A stretch of DNA of 39,300 nucleotides from Gemmatimonadota bacterium (GTDB taxonomy: Bacteria; Gemmatimonadota; Gemmatimonadetes; Palauibacterales; Palauibacteraceae). A program made the translations under genes and the position numbers. The stretch is taken from assembly GCA_046758745.1 (NCBI GenBank), contig JBHIAV010000028.1, forward strand, positions 1 to 39,300. Reading direction: 5' to 3'. This document shows positions 9,374 through 19,152 of this stretch, one piece after another (position 1 is the stretch's first letter; each line of letters begins with the position of its first letter). The notes below the pieces were generated by a model. The model saw nothing but the letters and a program-made list of their open reading frames with translations, was not told the origin of the DNA and ran no database searches.

Positions 9374-10567
9374 TCAGTGGCCCTCACCGAAGGACTCCTT
9401 GAGGAGCTCGGCCTTGAGGAAGAAGCTGCCCTCCGTGACGACCGTCTCTCCCGGTTCCAGGCCGCGCTCGATCCGAGTGAAGCCGTCCTCCTCCGCTCCT
9501 GGCGTCACCTCACGCGGGCTGAAGCGGCTCTCGCCGTCGACGACGAACACGACGGCCCGGTCGTCCAGGTGCTGCACGGCACTCGTTGGTACGCCGACCG
9601 CCTCCTCAGCGCCCGCTCGGGTCTCGATGGCCACCCCCGCGAACATGCCAGGCTTGAGCCGCCGATCGCGGTTGCCGACCACGGCGCGGGCCTTCACGGT
9701 CCGGGTTTTCGGATCCAGGAGGGCACCGAGCTGCGTGATTCGTCCCCGGAAGTTCTCGCCTGGATACGCCTTCACCGTCAGCGTCACCGAATCACCCTGT
9801 TTGACGAACCGGAGGTCGTCCTCGTACACGTCGACGCTGACCCACAGCTCGGTCAGGTTCGAGATGCGGAACAGGGGATCCCCGGGTTCGATGGCGTTTC
9901 CCTGACCTGCCTCGGTCTCCACGACCGTTCCCGAGATGGGCGTTCGCAGCTCGAAATTGACGTCGGTCCGGTATGTCGGGACGGTGCCGTAGAAGGGCTC
10001 TGCCGGGGCACCCAGGATGAGGAGCTTCTTGCGGGCCGACTCCAGGATCGCCTCGGCGATACGGAGCGCCTCCGTATCATCGGTCTGACGGGCGCGCTCG
10101 AGCCGCCGGTGCGCCTGCACGAGCTCGGTCCGCGCAGTCAGGTAGTCCGGACTGAAGTTCAGTGCCAGCCTTTGTCCGGCCCTCACCTCGTCCCGCAGGA
10201 AAGCGTCGAGCCGCTCGATCCAGCCCGATACCTTGGAGACGATGTGCACCGTGCGCGCTTCGTTCAGCTTCACCTCGCCCGTCGTCCGGATCTTGGGATG
10301 GAAGGCCCGGACGGAGGCCTGAGCCGTCTCCAGCCGGACGACCTCGACCTGCACAGGGTCCAGCTCGATGACTTGATATCGGGCGTGATCCTCCGTGTCC
10401 TTCCCCTCGTGGTCGCTTCGCTCCGCCCGCGGAACTAGCGAATCTGCCTCGGAGCTGTCCCAGACCGGAACTGGATCGGCCGCGCCGCATCCGAGCACGG
10501 AGGCGGCTAGCATCAGCGTGATGAGCAGCGTGTATCTGTGCATCTGGTTAACCGTCCTCCCGGTCAT
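9374..10567 (-). CDS. czcB: RND membrane fusion protein (CzcB/CusB-like), probable lipoprotein
   Basis: Lipobox-like VLGC; LRTPISGTVVE, LWVSVDVYE, TRTVKARA, LKPGMFA, GLEPGETVVTEGSF; C-terminal GEGH. Confidence 0.92.
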   Translation of the reverse strand: MTGRTVNQMHRYTLLITLMLAASVLGCGAADPVPVWDSSEADSLVPRAERSDHEGKDTEDHARYQVIELDPVQVEVVRLETAQASVRAFHPKIRTTGEVKLNEARTVHIVSKVSGWIERLDAFLRDEVRAGQRLALNFSPDYLTARTELVQAHRRLERARQTDDTEALRIAEAILESARKKLLILGAPAEPFYGTVPTYRTDVNFELRTPISGTVVETEAGQGNAIEPGDPLFRISNLTELWVSVDVYEDDLRFVKQGDSVTLTVKAYPGENFRGRITQLGALLDPKTRTVKARAVVGNRDRRLKPGMFAGVAIETRAGAEEAVGVPTSAVQHLDDRAVVFVVDGESRFSPREVTPGAEEDGFTRIERGLEPGETVVTEGSFFLKAELLKESFGEGH

Positions 10568-10584
10568 CGCTTCCTTTTGCCACC

Positions 10585-11838
10585 TCAGTCGAGCGAAAGG
10601 ATCTCGCCTGAGTACTCGAGGCGAGCGAGCGCGACGAGGTAATTCTGGAGGGCATCGAGGTACTCAAGTCGCACGGCCTTGGCGGTGCGGTAGAGGTCGA
10701 TGAGCTCGAGGGCGTCGATCTCTCCGTACTGGTAGGCGGAGATCCCGGCGTCGAGCGCGTCCGCAGCCTCGCCCAGCAGCCGGGTGCGGAAGACCCCCAC
10801 CTGCTCGGCAGCCAGCTCGGCCTCCTCGTATGCCTGGCGGATGTCCCCCTCGACCCGGTCGCGCAGCGCAGCGAGCTCGATCTCAGCGGTGCGGAGCTCG
10901 GCCTGTGCGGCGATCGACCGGCCGCGCTGCCTCTTCCGCCACAACGGAAGGCTCAGGGACAGCTCCGCCGAAAAGAAGCCTTTGGAGGTGCCCTGGTTGA
11001 TTCGCTGGTAGAACGCGCCGAGCCCGAAATCCGGCAGGTTGCTCATCCCCGCCAGTCGCACTGCCGTCTGTCGCTGGCCGCGGCGGGGCGCCGCCGCCTG
11101 CCGGGTCCGGCTCGCTGCGAGCCGCCGCTCCAGGATCCGCTGGAGAGGTTCCGCGAAAGGTCGGTACTCAAGCTCCTCCGTGGACATCCGGAAGGGAATG
11201 TGGCTCGGCCGTCCGAGGAGGAGGTTGAGACCGATCCTCTCCCGTCGCTGCTCAAGCCGGAGGGAGATCAGGTCGTTTTGGATCCGCGCGAGCTCGAGCT
11301 GGGTGCGGACGACATCGGTGTACGGCGCCTGGTTGGTCTCGTACCTGGAGCGGGTGACCTCAGCGAACTGCTGGAGGAGTTCCCGGTTCTCCTCCAGGAT
11401 CCCAGCCGCGGCCGCCGCACGGGCGGCGCGGTAGTAGCGGGCCGCCACCTCCCGCAGCACGAATGCCTCCAAGACTTCGACGCGCCGGCGCTCAATCTCC
11501 ATCTGGACCTCACCGATGTCGCCCCGCAGCCCCTGCTTCCCGGGGAACTCGAGGAACTGCGCGATCCCGATCCTCTGCTCACCGAAGCCGCCGGGAGCGA
11601 TCCCGTTCGCCTCTTCGAAGTCCCACACGATCCACGGATCGGGGAGTGCCTCTGCCTCGAGCTTTGCGCCCCTGGCGACCTCTATCCCCTGCCGGGCGCT
11701 CCGGAGGGCAGGATTGTCCTGTCGGGCGATGCTCAGCGCACGCTCGAGCGAGAGCCGCGGGATCGTGTCCTGGGCATGGAGCGGCCGGCCTGCCAAGCAC
11801 GAGGCCAGCAGCGCCATCCATGCCGAAAAGAGTCGCAT
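10585..11838 (-). CDS. czcC: TolC/CzcC-family outer-membrane efflux protein
   Basis: Signal peptide; LSLERALSIARQDNPAL, EFPGKQGLR, YQYGEIDALELID; first structural gene of the RND operon. Confidence 0.9.
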   Translation of the reverse strand: MRLFSAWMALLASCLAGRPLHAQDTIPRLSLERALSIARQDNPALRSARQGIEVARGAKLEAEALPDPWIVWDFEEANGIAPGGFGEQRIGIAQFLEFPGKQGLRGDIGEVQMEIERRRVEVLEAFVLREVAARYYRAARAAAAAGILEENRELLQQFAEVTRSRYETNQAPYTDVVRTQLELARIQNDLISLRLEQRRERIGLNLLLGRPSHIPFRMSTEELEYRPFAEPLQRILERRLAASRTRQAAAPRRGQRQTAVRLAGMSNLPDFGLGAFYQRINQGTSKGFFSAELSLSLPLWRKRQRGRSIAAQAELRTAEIELAALRDRVEGDIRQAYEEAELAAEQVGVFRTRLLGEAADALDAGISAYQYGEIDALELIDLYRTAKAVRLEYLDALQNYLVALARLEYSGEILSLD

Positions 11839-11972
11839 GCGAATGCCCCTTCACGCCGATTTCTGAACGCAGATACGCGACGTCTGGGCCCCGCCGGGCG
11901 CCGCCATGCTGCAACGATTCTCTGTCGGGAACAGGGAGAGGCCGAGCGCTCAGCGGGAGCGCCCGTCCCCGG

Positions 11973-12332
11973 TCAGGAAAGGAGCTTCGGAGGTCTGTCC
12001 AGGCTCTGAGGGATGAGCTTGCTTACAAAGGTTGCTCCGGGCGTAGCGTCGACCAATCGGTCCACGAAAGGTCGGACTACAATCTCGAGAGGCGGAGGCA
12101 GGCTTACGTGGAAGCAAACATGCAGCCCGCACGACTGGTGGTCGGGATCTCCCGCATCGTGCTGCAGCGGGACGTCCGAAGTCTCTGACGCGTGCTCTGC
12201 GGCGTGTGCCAGATACTCGGTGGTGTGCTGGGCCACGTCCTGGAAGACAGCGAAGGGACCCGTCTCGCCAGCAGCGATCGTCGTCAAAAGGAACGTCAGC
12301 AGAAAGCCGAAACGCAATGGTCTTTTGATCAA
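11973..12332 (-). CDS. His/Cys-containing leader protein with C-terminal RPP motif (CzcI/DUF2946-like upstream ORF)
   Basis: TTG start after GGAG; N-terminal hydrophobic segment; HQSCGLHVCFH; ends LDRPPKLLS; 134 nt upstream of czcC. Confidence 0.65.
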   Translation of the reverse strand: MIKRPLRFGFLLTFLLTTIAAGETGPFAVFQDVAQHTTEYLAHAAEHASETSDVPLQHDAGDPDHQSCGLHVCFHVSLPPPLEIVVRPFVDRLVDATPGATFVSKLIPQSLDRPPKLLS

Positions 12333-12641
12333 ACAATACTCCAGCGAGACACGGACGTTGGAGGGAAGCTTGGTCCTTCACCCATGACTGTCAAGCGAGC
12401 GCACTCATTAGTGAGAGACATCGGCGTGTATGAACCACGCGCTCTCCTCGTCGCACGTCGATCGCCCGGATCGTCACATGGGATTCTCTTCAGACGCAGC
12501 CGCCCGCTCCTCCCCGGCTTCCTGAGCGGCGAGGCCGACTCTGTGGCCGCGCAGCCGCCTATCACCGAAGCTACGCGTGGAAGAAGGCCGCTGGCTGTAG
12601 CCAGAGACAGCCGACCGCAACCCCGCTGAAGAGGAGCGGAT

Positions 12642-13667
12642 CTACGAGGGCGTCACCACCCATCGGACGCCCTCCCCGCGGCGCAGCCTGTCGAGCCCCG
12701 TGTTGATCTCCTCGAGCGGCAGAGTGCCGCTGACGATCGGATCGAGCTGCAGCCTGCCCTCGCATACGAGGCTCACGATCTCGGGATATTCTCCGGCCCC
12801 GCACCCGAGGCTTCCCACCAGCTCCAGCTCGTAGTACATGAGCTTGGCGGCGGAGATGCTCACCGGCTCCGCTGAATAGCCGATCACGCACAGCCGTCCG
12901 CCCCGGCGCAGCAGGGAGAAGGCGAGCTGGATCGTCGGCGGCGTTCCGACCGCCTCGAACGCCACATCCACTCCGCCCTCGGTGAGACGCCGCACAAGCC
13001 TGTCGAGACGCTCCACCTCCCCGGGATTGATCGTCTCGACGGCCCCCAGCGCGGTGGCCAGCTCGAGCCGGCTCTCGTTCCGGTCGATCGCCAGCACCCG
13101 GCCTCCGGCGGCCACGGCGCACTGCACGACGTTCAGCCCGACGCCACCGCAGCCCACCACGGCCACCGAATCGCCCACCCTCACCCGAGCGCGGTTCTTC
13201 ACCGCGTGGTAGGGAGTCGAGAGGGCGTCCGCGATGACGCACGCCTGCTCGAGCGGAAGCTCGGGCGGAAGCGGCACGAGCTCGGAGGACGGGACGACCA
13301 CGAGCTCCGAATAGGCGCCATCCACGTTGTTGCCCAGCATGACGAGGTGGTCGCACAGGTTCTGACGCCCGGCGACGCAATTCGCACAGCGACCGCACGA
13401 GAGGACGGCGGGGATGAGCACCCGATCCCCCACCGCGCGATCCTCTACCTCATCCCCGACCTCGGCGACGGTCCCCGCCGCCTCGTGCCCGAGTATGAGC
13501 GGTGGGGGCTTGAAGGTGCGCACGCCATGATCCAGGTAGTGGAGGTCCGTGTGGCACAGGCCGCAGCCGGCCACCCGCACCAGCGCCTCCCCCGGCCCCG
13601 GTCGCGGCTCAGGCGCCTCCTCGATCGCCAGCGGCCGGTTCGGCCCGTGGAACACCGCGGCCTTCAA
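12642..13667 (-). CDS. had: Zn-dependent MDR dehydrogenase, probable 6-hydroxycyclohex-1-ene-1-carbonyl-CoA dehydrogenase
   Basis: GCGLCHTD, GHE, CGRCANC...C, VIADALSTPYHAV, GCGGVG, GSLGC. Last gene of the benzoyl-CoA operon with a TTGA overlap. The Had assignment rests on context. Confidence 0.75.
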   Translation of the reverse strand: MKAAVFHGPNRPLAIEEAPEPRPGPGEALVRVAGCGLCHTDLHYLDHGVRTFKPPPLILGHEAAGTVAEVGDEVEDRAVGDRVLIPAVLSCGRCANCVAGRQNLCDHLVMLGNNVDGAYSELVVVPSSELVPLPPELPLEQACVIADALSTPYHAVKNRARVRVGDSVAVVGCGGVGLNVVQCAVAAGGRVLAIDRNESRLELATALGAVETINPGEVERLDRLVRRLTEGGVDVAFEAVGTPPTIQLAFSLLRRGGRLCVIGYSAEPVSISAAKLMYYELELVGSLGCGAGEYPEIVSLVCEGRLQLDPIVSGTLPLEEINTGLDRLRRGEGVRWVVTPS

Positions 13668-13999
13668 TCGGGACTCCGTGTCTCGCGGGACCCCGTGTCA
13701 CGCGGGACTCCGCGGGTAGCGGGCCTCCGCGTGTAGATCACCTTGAAGAGGGAGCGGGCCAGCACGCAGTCCCCGCACTCCTCGCGAAACCCCTCCAGGC
13801 CGAACGGCTCGACCCGAACCTCGAGCCCGAGGGTCCGATACAGCTCCACCACCTCGGGCAGGCGATCGGGAGAGGCCACGAAGCGGCGAGTCCAGCCCTC
13901 GCCGGCCAGCTCCGCGTCCCGCTCCGTTCGCGCCAGCTCGGGGTAGAGGGGATCGCTCCCGCCCCCGCCCCCGCCCGCTCCCGCGCTCCTGCCCGCCAC
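13664..13999 (-). CDS. Small hypothetical protein with CxxC in the benzoyl-CoA reductase operon
   Basis: GWTRRFVAS..RLPEVVELYRTLGLEVRVEP...ECGDC...IYTR; fills the operon gap and is coupled to had. Confidence 0.7.
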   Translation of the reverse strand: MAGRSAGAGGGGGGSDPLYPELARTERDAELAGEGWTRRFVASPDRLPEVVELYRTLGLEVRVEPFGLEGFREECGDCVLARSLFKVIYTRRPATRGVPRDTGSRETRSPD

Positions 14000-14017
14000 T
14001 CTCGGCCGTCCGTGCTG

Positions 14018-14842
14018 CTAGGCCGCCGGCGCGGCGCTCTCGTCGTCCGCCGCTATCTTCTCCAGCCGACGGCGCGCCAGCAGCGCCGCACCGATGGCTC
14101 CTGTGTACTGGACGAGCTTCCCCGGAGGCACGTTCACTCCCTCGCCAAGGTGCTCCCGCATCACCCGCACCATCGTCGGGAAGCGCATGATCCCCCCGAC
14201 CAAGGTGAACTCCGGCTCCATCCGCACACGCTTCATCAGCCGTACCGACTTCTCGATCAGCGACCTCATGGCGCCGTGCATGATGTCCCCCGGATCCCGG
14301 CCCTGGCTCACGTGGTTGATGACCTCGGATTCGGCGAACACCGCGCACACGCCGGAGATCGGCACCGCTTCGGCCGAGTCTTCCACCAGGGGTCCGAGCT
14401 CCTCGATCCTGTAGCCCAGGTAGCGGGCCGTCTTCTCCAGGAAGGCGCCGGTGCCGGCGGCGCACTTGTCGTTGAGGCGGAAGGATCTCACCCGCCCCTT
14501 CTCGTCCAGACGCATCGCCTTCATCGTTTGGCCACCCACGTCGAGCACCGTCCGGGTGGCGGGGAAGAAGGAGCGCGTCCCCCACGACTGGGCGGTGAGG
14601 TCGGTGACCTGGACGTCGCGGAAGGAGATCAGGGCGCGGCCGAAGCCGGTGGTCGCGACGTACGCGATCTCTCGGCGGTCGATGCCGGCCTTCTCGCGGG
14701 CCTCCTCGAAGGTGCTTTTCGCTGCCTCTTCGAGGCGGAATCCGGTGCCGAGGATCGCGGTCCCGACAAGCTCTCCGCGCTCGGTGACGATCGCCGCCTT
14801 CGTGTGCGTGGAGCCGACGTCGATTCCGGCTGTGTACGTCAC
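14018..14842 (-). CDS. bcrD: ASKHA-type activase subunit of class I benzoyl-CoA reductase (BcrD position)
   Basis: Likely start GTG 14842 (GTGA overlap). [37 protein letters not shown]. The 5' extension in the ORF track is spurious. Confidence 0.75.
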   Translation of the reverse strand: MTYTAGIDVGSTHTKAAIVTERGELVGTAILGTGFRLEEAAKSTFEEAREKAGIDRREIAYVATTGFGRALISFRDVQVTDLTAQSWGTRSFFPATRTVLDVGGQTMKAMRLDEKGRVRSFRLNDKCAAGTGAFLEKTARYLGYRIEELGPLVEDSAEAVPISGVCAVFAESEVINHVSQGRDPGDIMHGAMRSLIEKSVRLMKRVRMEPEFTLVGGIMRFPTMVRVMREHLGEGVNVPPGKLVQYTGAIGAALLARRRLEKIAADDESAAPAA

Positions 14843-15660
14843 GCGACCCTCCCGCTCGCCGACGGCGTTCCCGCTCCGGAGACCCGCTCCAGCGCCAAGA
14901 GCGCGGCGCCGAGGGCGCCCATATAGTGGGAGTCCGCGCTCACGTTGATCTCCGCGCCCAGCATTTCGTTCAGGACCTCGACCATCGCCTCGTTCCGGGT
15001 GACGCCGCCCGTGAATGTGACCTCCTCCCTGATCCCCACCCGTCGCAGGAGCCCGAAGGAGCGCGCGGCGATCGAGCGGTGCACGCCGAGCAGGATGTCC
15101 TCGATCTTTCTCCCGCGCGCGAGCCAGGAGAGCACTTCGGACTCGGCGAAGACCGTGCAGGTCGTGCTGATGGCGACCGGCCGCTTCCCGCGGAGCGCCG
15201 TCGGGCCGAGCTCGGATATCTCCAACTCGAGAGCGGCCGCTGCGGATTCCAGAAAGCGTCCGGTGCCGGCCGCGCACTTGTCGTTCATGCAGAAATCGAC
15301 GACGTCGCCGCCGGGCTGGACGCGAATCGCCTTCGTGTCCTGTCCGCCCATGTCGAGGACGGTCTGCGTTCCGGGGAACATGCGGGACGCTCCACGCGCG
15401 TGGCACACGATCTCGGTCACCTGCGCGTCACCGAACTCGACCTTGTAGCGACCGTATCCGGTACCGATGACGAAGCCGACCTCCGCTTCGTCGATGGCCG
15501 CCCGCTCGAGGGCGAGCCGGAAGGCGTTCTCGGCGGCCCTGACCACATTCGCGCCCGTGTCGATCAGGCTGCGACCGATGATCGTACCGGAGAGGTCCAC
15601 CAGGACCGCCTTGGTTTGTGTCGATCCGACATCCACACCCGCCACGCAGGACATGGTCAC
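14839..15660 (-). CDS. bcrA: ASKHA-type activase subunit of class I benzoyl-CoA reductase (BcrA position, short form)
   Basis: [71 protein letters not shown]. Confidence 0.78.
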   Translation of the reverse strand: MTMSCVAGVDVGSTQTKAVLVDLSGTIIGRSLIDTGANVVRAAENAFRLALERAAIDEAEVGFVIGTGYGRYKVEFGDAQVTEIVCHARGASRMFPGTQTVLDMGGQDTKAIRVQPGGDVVDFCMNDKCAAGTGRFLESAAAALELEISELGPTALRGKRPVAISTTCTVFAESEVLSWLARGRKIEDILLGVHRSIAARSFGLLRRVGIREEVTFTGGVTRNEAMVEVLNEMLGAEINVSADSHYMGALGAALLALERVSGAGTPSASGRVA

Positions 15661-15673
15661 GTAGGTCTCCTCT

Positions 15674-17020
15674 CTATGCGGACGACCCCGCAGTGGATCG
15701 GAGCCGCTGCTTCCTCGAGTCCAGACCCTCGAAGAACGCGTCGATGCGGTTCTTGAGCTGGGCCTCGGAGACCACGCGCTTGTCCATCATGTCGGACTCG
15801 ATGTACAGGCACAGGACATCTCGCGCCTCGAGCACCACGCGACGGCTGTCGGCGAGGTTCGTGGAGACGGTGCGACAGCTCTTTACGGGATGGTACACGA
15901 CCCCGTCGGCGCGATATGTGTCGATCGCGCGGATCAGGGCCCTGTCCTGGAACATCATGCTGTCGGTCGCCTCGCGAACCCCCCGCAGCGCGCCTTCCGC
16001 CAGGCTCTCCAGCGGTCGCGACAGGTCGTACTCGAAATCGAGGCTCAACCCGCCGGAGGCGAACCACAGGTAGGTGGAGCTCACGAAGGTCCCTCCCCAC
16101 TCGGCGAACAGCTCGTAGAAGCGTCGGAAGATCGGGTAGCACGGGACACCCACGAAGATGAGCCGGTGCCTCTCGCTGGCTGCGCCGTGCGGGCTCCTGC
16201 CCTGCGCCCGCTTGAGCTCCATCTCCTCCACCAGATCCCGGAAGTACGCCGCGCCTTCCGGGGTGCCTCGCAGGGCGTTCGCCACGCCGAGAAAGATCGT
16301 GCCCTCCATCATGGCGTCGAAGGCGGCCGGCGACTTCCGGTTGATGGCGAGGAGGCGGCGCCAGCTCCGGCCCATCTCGTTGGTCACGCGCAACACCTCG
16401 CGGAGCCGGTCGATGTCGAAGCGCGCACCGGTGATCTCTTCAAGCCGGACGATGAGCTCCCGGATCTGGTGCTCCACGTACATCCTGTCGCGCTCGAAGT
16501 CCGGGTCCGCCGTCCCGCCGTTCCCGGGGGCGCGCCGGGAGCCCGGAACGTCCAGGGTGAAGACCGGGACGCCGTACATCCGCTCCCAGATCTCGCCCCA
16601 CTTGATGTACGTGCTGCACGCGTTGGTGAGGACGGCGACGGCCGGTGGAGGAATCCGCCCCATCGGATGCTCTCCCTTTCGGAGCTGGAGCGCGTAGTCC
16701 GCCTTCACGTAGCCGCACACATCGGGGGAGAATCCGTGGTCCTCCGCGAGGCTCAGATACTCGTCGGAGATCTTCCGCACCGCCGTCTGAAGGGAGTTGA
16801 TCTCGGGAAATACGATGGGGAGGTCGAAAACGCGCAGGAGCTCGGCCAGACTGCCCATGACGAACACGTACGCCGCCTTCTCCCCGGCCGCTGCCGCAGC
16901 CGACAGCCCCGCGAACCATTCCTTGAAGAGGCGCTTGCCATCGCGAGCCCCCCGCCCGATCACCTCCTTCTCTCCGGTCAGGGCCATTCCGACCCTCCTG
17001 CTCGGCTGGTTGTCGCTCAC
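15674..17020 (-). CDS. bcrB: Benzoyl-CoA reductase subunit B (2-hydroxyacyl-CoA dehydratase family)
   Basis: [37 protein letters not shown] and [21 protein letters not shown]; three cluster-ligating Cys. Start uncertain (17020 or 17071). Confidence 0.82.
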   Translation of the reverse strand: MSDNQPSRRVGMALTGEKEVIGRGARDGKRLFKEWFAGLSAAAAAGEKAAYVFVMGSLAELLRVFDLPIVFPEINSLQTAVRKISDEYLSLAEDHGFSPDVCGYVKADYALQLRKGEHPMGRIPPPAVAVLTNACSTYIKWGEIWERMYGVPVFTLDVPGSRRAPGNGGTADPDFERDRMYVEHQIRELIVRLEEITGARFDIDRLREVLRVTNEMGRSWRRLLAINRKSPAAFDAMMEGTIFLGVANALRGTPEGAAYFRDLVEEMELKRAQGRSPHGAASERHRLIFVGVPCYPIFRRFYELFAEWGGTFVSSTYLWFASGGLSLDFEYDLSRPLESLAEGALRGVREATDSMMFQDRALIRAIDTYRADGVVYHPVKSCRTVSTNLADSRRVVLEARDVLCLYIESDMMDKRVVSEAQLKNRIDAFFEGLDSRKQRLRSTAGSSA

Positions 17021-17080
17021 GATACCGCCGTTCTCTCGCCGGCCATCTGTTACATGGCGCGCGGGCTTCACTCCGTGCCT

Positions 17081-18388
17081 CTACTCGAAGAGGATGTTCT
17101 CCATGAAGGTCTCGAGCTGGATGTGCAGGTGATCGAAGCGTGTCATCTGCTCTTCGAACTCCGTCACGAAGTACGGGATTCCCGCCTCATCCAGGGCCTG
17201 CTGGTACGCCACCTGCTCGTCGAGGGCGGGCTCGCACATCTTCGCCGCGGCCACGATCGCCGCCTCCGCCTCCGACTCCCGAATCCGACGGAGGAGCATC
17301 GCGTCCTTCGGCTTGCGGAGGTCGTGCTGCACCGGGCTGTAGGACGAGCGATCGAGGTAGGCCTCGGCGAGATTCCCCAGCGGGTCTCCGTCCGCCGGTA
17401 CGTCCTCCACTATCCAGCGGAGGCCGATGAGCAAGTCGTCATCCACCACGTAGCAGAACTGGGCGATCGACTTGAGGAGATCCAGCGGAGGCTGCTCGCA
17501 GAAGCCGCCCTCGAACACGACGCGCATCTTGTCCTGCTCGCGGGCGTCCCGGCCCCGGATCAGCGGCAGCAGCGACCGGAGCAGCTCGTTGTGCTCCTCC
17601 CTCGTGATCAACCCTCCGAGCGCCACGAGCACGTAGGCCTCGTCGGCCGACAGGAGCCACGGGGCCTCTCGCTTGATCGAATACAGCTCGCGGAGCAACC
17701 CGCGATTCTCGTTGAACACGCCGATGGATCGGCGAAGCTCGTCATGGGTTACCGCGCGGCCCGCCACCTCCTCGATGTCCCGCAGCACGCGGGCATACTC
17801 CTCCCGCAGGTAGGTCGCTGCGAAGGCGGAGTTCGGGTTCTGCGGGAAATAGAGGATCTGCGCCGGCTCGGGCATGTTCCGACTCCACAGTCCCGCCAAG
17901 TTTCGGGCCGCGTCGCAGATCGGGTGGGTCACGAACATGTCCAGCTTGAGGCGGCCGGTGAGCGCCAGCTCGAGCGAGCTCCGGAGGATGGAGCAGATGG
18001 CCGATCCGACGTGGGAGTCCGCTTCCCGCCGCTCGACCTGCGCGCCCCGGACCTTTACCGGGAGCATTCCCGCGGCGTGGGCAAGCTCCTCGGGGAAGTA
18101 GACCTGGAAGTGGCCGAGCACCTTCCCCCCGTTCTGGCGCCACCTGCGGACCGTCGGGAACTCGGGGTCTTCCACCACGTCCCGGCACAGCTCCAGCGTC
18201 TCCTCCAACCCCGGGCGCTCGCCCCGATCGAGGAGCCGGAGGGGCGCCTCGGCTCGCCCGTGCACACCGCCCGCTCCGGTTCGCCGCTCCGAGCCGCGCG
18301 CTCCGGTTCGCCGCTCCGAGCCGCCCGCTCCGGTTCGCCGCTCCCTGCCGGCGCGCGCTGCCCAGGCGCCCGACGGGGCCCCGGTCAC
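17081..18388 (-). CDS. bcrC: Benzoyl-CoA reductase subunit C (2-hydroxyacyl-CoA dehydratase family)
   Basis: [60 protein letters not shown] 18388 overlaps the dch stop. Confidence 0.82.
   Translation of the reverse strand: MTGAPSGAWAARAGRERRTGAGGSERRTGARGSERRTGAGGVHGRAEAPLRLLDRGERPGLEETLELCRDVVEDPEFPTVRRWRQNGGKVLGHFQVYFPEELAHAAGMLPVKVRGAQVERREADSHVGSAICSILRSSLELALTGRLKLDMFVTHPICDAARNLAGLWSRNMPEPAQILYFPQNPNSAFAATYLREEYARVLRDIEEVAGRAVTHDELRRSIGVFNENRGLLRELYSIKREAPWLLSADEAYVLVALGGLITREEHNELLRSLLPLIRGRDAREQDKMRVVFEGGFCEQPPLDLLKSIAQFCYVVDDDLLIGLRWIVEDVPADGDPLGNLAEAYLDRSSYSPVQHDLRKPKDAMLLRRIRESEAEAAIVAAAKMCEPALDEQVAYQQALDEAGIPYFVTEFEEQMTRFDHLHIQLETFMENILFE
18267..18347. repeat. Three 27-bp tandem repeats in the bcrC 5' region
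   Basis: ccgcccgctccggttcgccgctccgag (18267-18293), ccgcgcgctccggttcgccgctccgag (18294-18320), ccgcccgctccggttcgccgctccctg (18321-18347). Confidence 0.95.
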
Positions 18389-19152
18389 GCGTCCCTCCAC
18401 ACCGGCCGCCGCTTCTCCAGGAAGGCCGCCAGCCCCTCGTGTGGGTCTTCAAGGCGCATCAGCTCGTCCAGGTAGCGGCCCTCGGCCCGCTCGATGGCGC
18501 CCCGCCATGGCAGCTCCAGCCCTTCCACCACCGTGCGCTTCGTGAGCCGCACGACCGGACCGCTCAGGGACGCGATCTCGTCGACGTAGTCCTGTGCGGC
18601 TCGGTCGAGCTCCTCTCCCGACACGACCCGGCTCACCAACCCCATCTCCCGTGCCTCTTCCGCGCTCATCACCCGCCCCGTCAGGATGAGGTCGAGGGCA
18701 CGCTGCCGGCCGATCAGTCGGGGGAGGAGAGCCGCCGCCACGGGGGGGAAGACGCCGAGCTGGATCTCCGGGAAGCCGATCTTCGCGCTCGCCGCGGCCA
18801 CTACCGCGTCGCATGCCAGGAGGAGCTCGCAGCCGCCGCCGAGCGCGGCCCCCCTCACCACGGCCAGCACCGGGAACTCCTGAACGAGGAGCCGGCGCAG
18901 AACGCGGTGGAACGTCTCGAGCATGAGCTCGACCCGCTCTGCGGTGTGGTCGGCCACATCGACCCCGGCGCAGAACGCCCGCCCCGCCCCCTGCAGGACG
19001 AGAAGCTTGACTCCGGAATCGTCCGCCAGCCTTGCCAGCGTCCCCTCGAGCCGCTCGAGCATCGGGATGTCGAGCACGTTGAGGGGGGGGCGGTCCAGGA
19101 TGAGGCGGACGACGCCGTCGGAGCGCTCGAGGCGCAGATGCTCCGTGCTCAT
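18385..19152 (-). CDS. dch: Crotonase-family enoyl-CoA hydratase, probable cyclohexa-1,5-diene-1-carbonyl-CoA hydratase
   Basis: ATG 19152 (ATGA overlap with oah). [55 protein letters not shown]. Confidence 0.82.
   Translation of the reverse strand: MSTEHLRLERSDGVVRLILDRPPLNVLDIPMLERLEGTLARLADDSGVKLLVLQGAGRAFCAGVDVADHTAERVELMLETFHRVLRRLLVQEFPVLAVVRGAALGGGCELLLACDAVVAAASAKIGFPEIQLGVFPPVAAALLPRLIGRQRALDLILTGRVMSAEEAREMGLVSRVVSGEELDRAAQDYVDEIASLSGPVVRLTKRTVVEGLELPWRGAIERAEGRYLDELMRLEDPHEGLAAFLEKRRPVWRDA

Noticed and set aside
12333-12641. Island boundary, att site or terminator between had and the czc leader
   Set aside because: No tRNA, integrase or direct repeat; the GGCTGT/ACAGCC hairpin lacks a U-tract.
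14843-15406. N-terminal extensions in the ORF track for bcrD, dch (to 19692), M1 peptidase (to 32804), fdnI (from 37020) and fdhE (from 37367)
   Set aside because: They overlap neighbouring genes; better starts exist at stop/start overlaps or after clear RBSs.
18267-18347. CRISPR array
   Set aside because: Repeats are contiguous with no spacers, lie in frame within a CDS, and no cas genes are present.
15890-18475. Long + strand ORF (861 aa) and similar long antisense ORFs (33851-35968, 30873-32426, 9080-10438, 27609-28904)
   Set aside because: Shadow frames of well-supported genes in high-GC DNA, with no recognisable motifs.
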